DNA of 64,000 bases from Iphione sp. A-MEVVRFRX5 (Eukaryota): assembly GCA_976226885.1 (NCBI GenBank), contig OZ320322.1:28582001-28646000 (forward strand), read 5' to 3'. This document shows positions 23,801-35,800 of the stretch, piece by piece. A program made the translations under genes and the position numbers. The first letter of the stretch is position 1, and the number at the start of each line of letters is the position of its first letter. Below the pieces are notes generated by a model. That model saw nothing but the letters and a program-made list of their open reading frames with translations, did not search any database and was not told the origin of the DNA.

Positions 23801-26800
23801 TTGTTTGGTACCTCTGTGGCGACAGGGATGGGCCGGCCAGAGGTGCCTAGTCGTTTTTTGCTGCTGATGATTTCTGCGACGTGGCTGGCGGAGGGCCTGC
23901 TGGTTTGGCGAATACTGATGGACTATTCTGCCGCTGCGATGCCACATACTTGTTCTTTTTCGAACACACAGACAGAGTGTGGTTGTGCCTTGCTCCGGTT
24001 GCTGCAAAACAAAAGCTGCAAATATGGAGCAAACGTACCTGTCCCTCCATGTGAGCCTCAGTTTTGTCAGTACATGGTGCCATACTGTAGGCTTGACAGA
24101 CAGCCTCGATGGTGGTTGAGTGAGCCTCGACTGGAGCCATGCTGAGACGTAGTCTTTCATAGGCAATAACGTCTTGGTTCCTCCACGATATTTCATTGCG
24201 CTCAATGCGGTCGAAGATATAGTTGGACCATTTTCTTATGTTGGGCCAGGGCCTGTGTTGCGCATCTTGTGACACATTACAAGCGAGGCGAAGGCGACTG
24301 AGGACGTGTGGCGGGCACGGGCCCTTTTATATGGTACAAAGGGGTGGCGTGATTTGTATTTTTAGCAACAGTCGTCGCAATGCCCTGCCATGTATCACAT
24401 GCCCCAATCATTCTGATCTGAGTATCTATTACATTCGATTATATAGAAAACATGTTTGGGACTAACCAGAAACGCCCGCTGACACGCGTCACCTGCCTGC
24501 TCGAGTTGCCCGTAGGGCGGGTCGCTGCTGTATATATCTATACATATATACCATACTTCCTTACATATAAAAGGTTCAAGTTGTTACTGGCTGTAGTAGA
24601 GCTTGTGATGGTGTGTCTGGATATTCCCTATTTTCACGGATGCCGTGTACCAAATCACTGTATTTTTATTAAGACATGCCCTTATAACCAATGACTCAGT
24701 ACACTATCTGAAGGTTTCTTCCGAATGAGGTTTGTATTTTGAACTAAGACCATGTTGATTTAATCTTGGAGACAGCAAATTACAAAAGTACTGTCATTTC
24801 GGTTATATTTTTGTGAGAAATGGTCATTTTGTAGCAAGGTCATTATTCTAGATTAGAACATCACAACTAGGGACACCCTTGGTTCTCAGCCAAAGTTGTC
24901 CGATTTACGGGGTGTCCCTAGTTCTGAGTGGTCAACAAACACTAAATAAAAACCTTGGTTCCAACAAAATCTGTTCCAGATAAAAAGGGTGTCCAACGTT
25001 CTGGGTTGTCCCAAAATTCCAAGGTCCTACTGCATACTGGTTTTTGATTTACTTAGTCAGATGATCTCTTTATCAATTCATATACCTCCAGGTCTATTTG
25101 ATAGAAAAAACACTTGCAGAAATTTGTTCCTCTCTATTTGTATGGACAGACAAAATGGAGATGGTCGGCCCGGCACCACAGTAACTTACACATGCCAAAG
25201 TGGCTACAGACTCCAAGGCGATGTTACAAGGACGTGTGGAGCAAATGGCCTTTATAGTGGCCAGATGCCACAATGCATTCGTATGTTATCACATTATTTA
25301 CTTTTCATATTGCCATGGGTTCATATATCTTATTGTGCATATAAAATACATATTAAATAAAATTACATAATTTTCAGAGAGGACTATATTTATGACGGTT
25401 TCGTGTAAGAGACAGGGCCAATCTACGTGCCCAGAAAGGTCTCTAATCAGAATTATAATAGAGGCTAATATAAAAGAAAATATTTCGAAGTATCATATTT
25501 GTTAAGTACATTGTAGTTAAAAATTCTACATTACAGGTGTAGCATGTGCTCCGCCTACTCGTCCTGCAAATGGTGCTATCAGGTAAGTTTCAGGTTTAAA
25601 CCCAAGGTATAAAATTAAGAGAGCTTTACAATGTGTGGGGAAAAGTCTGGGAAATGTGAGGCTCTTCAGCTATGTTCATACTTCTCTGAATATTGTTCCA
25701 TACGTGGCAAAGATAGTGTAAAACCCCGGTGCGACCGCGAAAACGGTCCGTCAGGGGATGTTCATTCCTAATTTCATATATCAATTCTAGGTAATGGTAC
25801 CAAGCTTATACTTACCGTCCTTGAAGTTTATTTTAAAATGCAAAATATATACTGGAACTAATGTGATGGTTACTTGCCTGTTGAAAGAATACTTTAAAGA
25901 TGCCGTAATACCTCAATACCTTATTATCTCATTCTGGTCATAAGGCCTAAAAAGAAAAGTTCTGTGTTTCCGGTAACAAGCTGAAAAAATGTAGGGTCGG
26001 TAGGTTGGTGGTATATTTTTATTTATTACTCTTTTTTTCAATGTAAAATAATACTCCCATCAACAAAACAATCTGGTAATATGTGTTCTAATGGTTATAT
26101 CTTCATGAAATATATATCAAATGAAAGCTAATAGCATAAGGAACACAATGGTGTATTATATGAGTCTCTACCCTTATTCATGGCTGAGATATTCATAAAA
26201 CAAGAATAAAATAAAAATTCACATTAATACCCAAATAAGGGTCGGTCGGGTTACCGGAAACACAACTATTTTTTGTTTAGGCCTAAATACATATACGTAG
26301 ACCTCCTTCACAGAGAATTTACTATTTAACATTATTTTCCTGTCCTCAAATTCGATTCATTCAACAATAACTCATGTATCGCTACTGTTTATTTTATTTT
26401 TTCTCAATCTATGCTCTAATTATAAATTCTGTAGTTTTCTAGGAATATAGTTCTAAAAAGTAGACAGAACGTATGCAAAAATCTCTGTATTATTATATTA
26501 GCTCTCTCATTGTCATTAAAAGTCTACAATCAGTCCTTCGGGATTAACACAAAGATACAAGATGACTTCTAAATACTTGTTTGAAGCCATTGGCAGATGA
26601 ATACAACCCGTCGATACTAAGGCATAGATTCGAGTGTAGAATTGTGCATGCAGACGTGGGAGCTTTTATAATGATAGTATAATATGATAAATATCCCTAA
26701 TCCTATCGCCACTCGTTGTACAGGGTAAACGGTGGCGGCGTTCTCGGAAGCACAGTCGACTACAACTGCAATACTGGCTTCGAGCTTCGAGGCCCACGAA

Positions 26801-29800
26801 CAAGAACTTGCACCGCCACAGGTGCCTACGACGGCCAGGACCCCGTGTGTGTTGGTACGCTATGGGAAAGCATGTTTGAAAAATTCTCAGGCCCTTCTGG
26901 AAGATGGAAGGATGCACTTTACTAACAAGAGGGAATTACCTCTACTGTACCCCTTTTTTCTTTGCTGGGGGAATATGAAATACACAATGACTCAGTATTT
27001 GTTCTGCAGGTGACACTGTGTTCCCCTTTCAAAGACTTCTTGCCTGGGGTTATGGCATTAGGCCCGGTTTCCTTACATGCGTTGGAGTGCAGCGAGCTGC
27101 GGTGGACCTCTGCGTGCGTTTCCAGTGCGTTGGTGTGCGTTGTTGTTTTAAGGCACGGCGACGCACAGGGGTGTCCTTTAATGTGCGTGTGTTTGTGTGC
27201 GTGAACGTGAACGTGCGTAAAAAGTGTGGAAAATGACAGAAATGGTGCTAAAAGTCGTGAAAAACGGCCAAAATGTGCAGAAAAAGTGTGGAAAATGACA
27301 GAAATGGTGCTAAAAGTTGCGAAAAACGACAAAAATGTGCAGAAAAGTTCGGGAAAAAAACGACATTGTGCGGAAATGTGCGGTATCATCAGTCAAAAGT
27401 CAGTCAAATTCAGTCAAAGTCAGTCAAAATGAGGAAATACCGGTGCGTTGCCCTGCGGCTGCGGCAAATCAATTTTACGGTACCGGTCCGAAAACGGGCT
27501 CCACAGCTAACCACAGCTCACCGCAGCCGCAGCTCACCACAGGTAAGGAAACACTCTCACTGATACCCTACAGATCAATAATGACATAATTCACCACACC
27601 CCAACACACCCCAATGCACCCCAATGCACCCAGACAGCACCGCAGGTAAGGAAACCGGGCCTTAGACTTGAATAACGTATACCACAGCCTTTTAAACAAA
27701 TCTGCTAAACACTCAAAATATAGATATCAGTGTGGTATCTCCTGATCACACTACATGTATATTATGCGACCGTGTTTCCAACTTGCACTATAACAACTCT
27801 TAGTAAAACTTCAGAAACTACAGAATATGGCTCTTTCTATTTCAATTCCTAAATTCTGTTTGGATTCCAAACTTTGAAACCCGTCCTTTCGGGACGAATG
27901 AATCCATTCAGACAGAACAAAAATTATTCGGATCCTGATGAGGCTTACATAGGGAGGTTTGCAGATCGCAAGAGAAAGTTTTCATGCTTTTCGCATGTGA
28001 GCTAATGTCGGGGACCGTACCTATGTGTCTCAGTTTTTCTTAAGATCGTACGATCTTCAACCAATTGTAGCAGCAAGGGTAAATGCTGCTGGGAGCTGCA
28101 CAATAGTCTTCAATGCCCTTGTCTAGTACAACACGAGCACTATTTGTTACTGTGACAGATATTTCAATTGGACGATACAATTAGAATATACCATTTTTCC
28201 AGTACATAACGAGTTACGCGTAATGTGGTAGACGATATAAAAATCAAGAAAATTCAAAAACATTTTTTTAAAAAATCCATTTTTGTGCAGTTTCAGGATG
28301 CCCTGCACCGGCTCGCCCACAATTTGGAAATGTCGTGTAAGTAGACATTTTCATTGCTCCTTTTCATGGCATCTCAGCAAAAGTTTGTAACACCTAGTTG
28401 AAATCTAAAGCGTTATTCCCATGCATGCAAACTATATGTCGGCCACCTGTGGCATGGTCCATGCTGCCCGGACCTCCCCACCTCCTGTACACAGGTTATG
28501 TGCACTGTCTATATTGGCATGTTGCAGGCAAATTTGCCTGTGTTTTGCTGTTTTTCAGCCAAATATCCCTGAGCTTTGCTGTTTTTCAGGCAAATTAGCC
28601 TGAGTTTCACCATTCTTCAGGCAAATTTGCCTGAATTTTGCCATTTTTAGCCAATTTGCCTGAGTTTCACCATTTCCCACTGTTTTCGACCAAGTTTGCC
28701 TTATATTTGCCTTGTTTAGTGTCTATTTGCCTGGTTTTTGACTTATTCCCAGCCTACACAAGGGGGCTGGGTCCAGGCAGACCGGACCAACACCAATTGG
28801 CCTGCACGCATTAGGCGGCATGTCCGGCTAGTTCACTTACAAGGGGATAATTGTATCTTAATTGCTTGTAGCGGTCGTCCCACTTGTCAGGCACTAGGTG
28901 GTGGGTCTGGAGGGCTCGCATACATGGGGATAGCGCCTAATAGAAGAATGGGGAGAAACCCAAGCCAACATCAAGTTGTTACAATCTTGTAATATGGAGG
29001 TATATTTCCTTTAGCCGCACATAGTTTTTCATGTTTGAGGCCCTCTAAAGACTTAACCTGCTAGACTGAACCTGCGATAAATCACATCTAAACGTAATGA
29101 TTCTGTGGCGTGAACCCTTGACAGGAGGAATGGAGACGGCGGACCTTCAACAACCTACACCTTCTCCTGCCAAGTTGGCTATGCTCTGGCAGGGCAGGCA
29201 GTGCTCACTTGTCAGCCCGGAGGGTCATTGGACTTCAGTCCCCCACAATGCAGATGTGAGAATTTCGTATTTATTTTTTTCGTCTTTGTCGTAAATTGTA
29301 ACTTTAAAAAAGTGGCGTTCCAGCGTTCCAGTTTCCAGTCACACAGAGATCGTTACATTCACACGTTTTCCCCCATTTATTTCGCAGTGATAACCTGTCC
29401 TGCACTTCCGCCACCTAACAGTGGCCGCGTGAGGTACGTAGGCCGCACTTTCCAGGCTCGCACCTGCCATTGAGAAGAATTGTCCCCACACTTTCATACT
29501 ACTTAACGGATGGACTATGACCAGGGACACTCGCAATAGGGCAAATATTAAGGATCTAGATTGGACACTTTAGATTTGAGGTTGGCGAAAGTCAAAAGAC
29601 CTGAAACCGGGATTTAAAACTTTGGCCCTGTTGGCATTCTTTAATCAGTTATTTACATACCAAATTATCAGACGTGAATATATTTTATCCGAGAATGATA
29701 CATGTATTTAGAATAGATATCAAGCTATCACAAGGTACCACATTACAACGAAAGAGCCCCTGTCCTCAAACAATAAGATATTCTGAAACACCCATGCTCT

Positions 29801-32800
29801 CCATAGGGTATATACTAGTGAAGGCAACTATATTGAGCGCAAAAAATGGTAAGCAGTATTTACAAGGTGTGGTCATAGTTTCGATATGTTGCCTGTATAT
29901 ATTTCATGTAGAAGTCATGTAAGATTATTGTTTAAAATCCCCGACTTCACGAAATGAAGTGTATCGTTTGAACAATTTCTCAAAGTAACATTCAGGATCG
30001 TCAAGAGACTATGGGTGGATGATTTCTATATATGTATCCATACCATGCATCTTTCAAGGGTTAACGGTAACTTTGGACCAGGCACAGAATTCATTTTTGA
30101 ATGCGACCCCGGTTTTCAACTGGATGGTGCTCGAATCGTCACTTGTCTAACGGGTGGACGTTATGACAATCCGCCTCCCATATGTAGCAGTAAGTTGCCA
30201 TTTTGTCGATAATGCGCCACCTTTCTATGTAATGAAGACTGTAACCATCAGCACAAAGTGCCATTTGAAAAAATTATTCCTCAGTCGACTAGATAATACC
30301 TTAAATCTGAACAATTAGAATGGTATCTCTTCAATTCTCCACATTAAAAGGGTATTATCTTCCAATTAAGACAACTAAGATGGTGTGTATTCCTACAGAT
30401 ATGCCATCTATTGTAGTCTGGATTTCCATTCATGACAATAAAGCTTTTCTGTGATAACTTGTAAATACTTCTCCTCTTTTAGATACCGCATATACCTTTA
30501 TCGTAGGCTCCTGCTGTGAACTTCGTCGATTCTAGCTGTTTTATTTCTACAATGTTTTTGAAAACATACGCATGTTATTACTTCCTTGCCATTTGTTACG
30601 TTCAATTGTATATTGTCCGTGGTCTCCATCATACAAATGTCGCTCGCCTCCTGGCCTCGAGGCAGACTGCGTTTCTCTACCCTGTTTGCTCTTCTGTCTG
30701 CACCATACATTCGGTAGTGACTGTGACTGGATGCACGCTCCTCATACCTTGTCTTTCCCTTTCAGCCCTTGCATGCCTTGACCCGCCAAACCCTGCAAAC
30801 GGTTTCATCCGGTAAGTCGTCAGGGTAGATGTATATATAGCCGATACCAAATGATTTTTATCCGTCGAAAATCGAAACTTTGGGGGAGGAAAAAATTAAA
30901 TACACGCCGATCGTCCAAATATCCTGTTAGTCCATGAGCCAAAAGCCACTGAACATTTTAACTGCGAAAGTTTTGCCCAGACAGCTGGCATCAGAGCCAT
31001 TCTACGCAAACACCGACCCGTGCTACCATCGAAGTGGGCGCGAGGATGTGGAAACCTTTACACTTCTTTCTAACATACAGTAAATTTACTTCAGGAACCG
31101 ATCCAAGCAAAGTAAACGTGTTTGTTATTAATATCTCTGATGTAAATACATTCATTTCACACATCTTTCCGGTCCCTGATATGCGTGTGATACTTGCATG
31201 ACTGCATTATACAGCGACATTCACATAATCATTGTCGAGGTTTGACTTTATATGGCTTATCAGGTATGATTGCCATCTGTTACACTTACAAAAGAAATAA
31301 TTCACTGAGAAATAAGGTTAAAAACATGCACATATACATCTATAAGCAGAAATTACTTACTTGCAAAAGGCAAAACGCGAAAGGCATGACAATTCATGCT
31401 CGAATGGTGTTCCTCTGATGAAGAAATTTCCCTCGAAGATATTACACAACACATCTACGATGTAAACAGACTTATAGATACCTTCATTTTCTCTCGTACA
31501 TGCTTCGTAACTTCTTCCTTATCCATGCAGCCGGAACGGTGGTGGTGAACCAGGCACAACGTACACATACGTTTGCAACTTCGGCTTCCAGCTGCGTGGG
31601 CTTCCCGACTTGAGATGTCAGGCCGGTGGTGTTATAAGTGGAACTCCCCCAACATGTGTCGGTAAGAAGAATATTTAGGCTTCCATTTTTTGGACCGCCG
31701 ATCTATCGTATAGACCCATTGCCGCAAAAGTAGAATTACAACATGGAGAAAAGAGGGACACACTGATAAGAAAAAAATGAATTAAACATGGTAGAAAAGA
31801 AAACTAGAAAACCAAATTAGAAAAACGGCCACCTCTAGTTTGATAGGAACCAATTGACACATCATCATGTATACCATCATGAAGCCATGTGCACCCATTA
31901 CATGACATGACCGTCAAACTTTCACTATGGTCAAGCACAACGTTCAAAATAAAAACAAGTCACACTGTCAGTGTACTGCATTTTCTCATATACTTTCAAA
32001 ATATGTATGCATCACCATGCCATAATTATCTTTGCTTGTAGACAAGGTGGTGTTAGTATCAACACGAACGGATCAATTATAGTTGTGACATTGATATATA
32101 ATGGAATAGTATTTTTGACCTGCAAAATATGCAGATTTGCAGTAGTATCATATATCGGGTAACTGCCATTGCAAACCATTTTTTTCTGAGAGTACCATTT
32201 CATAGACTTTGTAGAGTGAACGTTATTGTACAACAAGCTTTGCTAAGTTCTGTTGCATCTGTTAAGTTGGAAGATCCAATGATTCAATTCAAAGTATCCC
32301 TTGTGAATGATTTCTCTTTATCAAAATTGTATATCAGCAATGTAGCATTGAAGACAAACTTTTGAAAGGAAACAAATACATTGGCAACCTCCGCATTAAT
32401 GAATGAACAATGGTTCATTACTCACTTTTAAGAAAATTCCAATAACCCTTTATCTATGACACAAAAGACGTCTGGTATGTTTACTGTATTGTATACCTCC
32501 AACATGAAAACACAGAGTCAAAGACCCTTAAGTTAACACGATTTGTCTTTTCAGTTATTCAGTGTCCCTCACCCACTGTACCACAATTTGGCAGAACAAA
32601 GTAAGTACCACCGACATATCGGCATTTATTATAACTTTTAATTGTAACTGGTAAAACTACACTGTGTGAAATAAATAAGTCGAAGTTTTATTCCTTAGAC
32701 TACAAGCCATGTTAGAACCTTATGTAACTTTGCCATCTAACGTTTAAGACACATAACAATCAAGACACAGAACATTAAAGAAATCAAATGTCTAGGGTGT

Positions 32801-35800
32801 ATAAAATAATGATCGGACGTGAAATAAGTGTAAAATGGATGATTTGGGGATCAGCATATATTAAAATAAAAGTACTATGTGTGAATGTTGGCACAATTGG
32901 TTACGCCGACACTTTCCCAGCGCTTACTCCTAATCACGAACGGACTTGGTTCTTTTCTGCATAAATCCTCTCCTAAACGTAAAGCAACACGCCATCTTTT
33001 TATGAAATCCTCCACAGATTGACTAGCACGACTCGTCCGTGTTCATTTTTCTAGTGTAACCGGATCACAGTTCCCCGAAGCAAGGGTTGCCTACGCTTGT
33101 GATCCTAGCTACGAGTTGAGAGGAGCAAGCATTCTTACCTGCAGACTGGGTGGACGGTATGACGCGACGCCTCCACAGTGCATCCGTAAGTACCTCATTT
33201 TCCTCGCCAGCTGTATTTTTTTCATTCTACGCGACGTTATGTGAAATATGTTGTATAGTTTTCTTTAAATAATTTTCAGACGTTGATCGTCACTGTGACC
33301 AACTGATCAGCTGTTGTACACAGTCAAATACAATGTACTACCATGTGGACGCATATATTCATTACCGGCGGAAGACAGATTGAAACCTATTTTGGGGGAG
33401 CTGGCTTAATAGTTACCACAAACAGGCCACTCCACACAACAGCTACCTATGTTTTGAAAGCTTAGGATGTGTTACTAGAGATCAACACTTTAGTGAATTA
33501 ACTTTCAAGGGGGTCATAACCAAAAATTTAATTCTTCATACTGAAGACAAATTCCAAATAGTATCTTTAACGAGATTTTGCTTTAATTTCCCGTATGTCT
33601 TTGGAAAGAACAGAATGAATAGAGAGAACAAAACAGGCTGAACAGAACAACAAAACTCAGCGAGCAGATTAAGTTCACCGATCGTACAACATAAATGTGT
33701 TCACAAAGAGATAAACGGTACCGATGACGCACTTTTAACCATTTGCGAAGACAGACGATTGCTCTGTCGGAGGAAGTACTTAAAAACAGGTCATTATGAT
33801 GCTGGATACAGAATGTTTTTAAGTTACATGCGATCGGTCAACGCGTAAGCCACAGTGTGCCAGGATGCTGTAAAGTAATCCCATCTGTCGGCCGAAAAAA
33901 TTCTCCACCATCTTGAAAGTACTGGCAGTGTCAGTAGAGAGTCGCGTACTTTCCAGATTGCATAAAAATATGTAAAAGTTACACGATGTGTAAAAAAAAA
34001 ACATTCATGCAGTGGTTTTGGGAAACTGCGCGCTTTTCAAGATTGTAGGCCTTCGAGGTTCATCCACTAAGGTGGTATGCATCATCACTTCCAACCATTT
34101 TCAACTCCAACTGCCAGTTTGAGAAAACAGTACGAAAACCTCATCTCATCTGGAAAAACGTTTTGATGTATTTTTGGGGGGGACGATTCTTTCCACACAG
34201 AACACGCCCATAGCGGTTCTTTGATAAATATGAGCATCGATGTTGCTCTACTTTTAAACTAGGGCTATAGGTACAGCTATAAATATAGAGACATGACCGG
34301 CAATGCAGCCAATTTGGTACGGTACGGACTAGTTGTCCACAATGTAGCATGCCATAAAAACGTACCATACGTCAATGCACAGATCTGTCTCCTACGTGAT
34401 TCACCTTGTTTTCCAGATTGAGTTTGATTTCCTTTCTTCCGTGTGACGTTTACATTGCATCAACTAATGCAAGTTTATTTCCAGCAGACTTCAAATGAGA
34501 TGATGATGTTCTAAACCCATTTCTGAAGACATATATCAATATATATATACATTTGTTCATATATATAGAGAGAGAGCTAATGTATGTTTATGACTCACTA
34601 GATCTGCGCTGCCTTCAGCGGCGTGACGAGGGTCCATGCTTCCAGTTCCTCCGCCGCTACTTTTTTAACCCTCTCACTCGGCGCTGCGAGCAGTTCATTT
34701 ACGGAGGTTGCAGGGGAAACTTGAACAGGTTCAGAGACATCCGAGAGTGTCAGAGAATCTGTGCCGGCACAGGTATAAGACTATGAGCAAAGGACCTGAG
34801 ACCTGTGCATACTACACACGATTTGCCATGCATGATACCCCCAGGTGTTACGTTTCATTTCAATGGGTTGGTCTCCTATGGCGCTGGAAAAGGTTGCATT
34901 CTTATACATGTACATGTGGTTGTATTGTGTATAAGTCTATGTGGTGATGAAGTCCTATGTCTTCTTTCAGTAAAGATCTACCTTTTTGTTTTGGTATTAT
35001 TGATGTTCTACCGCCCTTGTTCGGTCCATATCTGAAGGATTTATTTTGTTATAGATTGACACTCCATGATATCTTTGGTCTCGTAGATTTTCTACTTCCT
35101 TCTCGTTTCTCGATCATTTTAATTTTCAATGTCCATGAAAATGAGCTCTTCCTTTTTCACAACACACGACGCCCATGTGAAGTATAACTGTATAATATAT
35201 GTTATCTTTCAAGACGTGAGGTATTATTTTTTTCATGTATTTTTCACTTCCCCTCAGGTCTAAGATAAAGTTCGTATCATTGTTGTAAGATGACTATTTT
35301 TCCCCCACTGCCAAATTATATTTATGGAAGAGCATTGCAAGGCGTAACTGTTATGCATACAAAGCAAAAAATATACATTTGTAACTTACAAACGTTTGAA
35401 GAAATTGAAAAGTAAGTTAAATTCACTTCTGTGTACAGGATACATACGTGATTTATTTCTTGCATATATGTGGCTGACCACAATAGGATCCAATTTGTCT
35501 TCCAACCAGTTGAACTAAGGCCCTAAAAAATAAGATCTGTGTTTCCAGTAGCATGCAGAAAAAATAGAGGCTCGGTCGGTAGGTGGTATTTTTTTTAATT
35601 TTTATTTTTCTTCAGTGATAATTTATACTCAAAGCTACAAATATATGTAGAAGAATAGGTTTTACTGTTCAGATCTTAATGAATCCTATATTAAATGGAA
35701 GCTAATGATGTAAGCAACAAAATTATGTATTATATATGTCCCTACCATTATTTATTACGAATATATTCACAAAACAATAATAGAATAAAAAGTACCAATA

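Larger units (their letters stand above)
20546..24412 (-). mobile_element. Ngaro-type (DIRS-order) tyrosine-recombinase retrotransposon, defective copy
   Basis: Minus-strand order A1-gag-RT/RNaseH-YR-B1-A2-B2 with split direct repeats. There is no methyltransferase domain after RNase H, which fits Ngaro rather than DIRS1 or PAT. CATT occurs at both ends and at the B1/A2 junction. Confidence 0.93.

Noticed and set aside
23795-24205. 136-aa ORF as the gag protein
   Set aside because: The Cys/His finger and conserved Trp motifs are in the 23847-24275 frame; this is an alternative frame.
26922-27589. Lys/Arg-rich or Phe-rich ORFs
   Set aside because: They are translations of minisatellites inside the Harbinger MITE 27061-27661.
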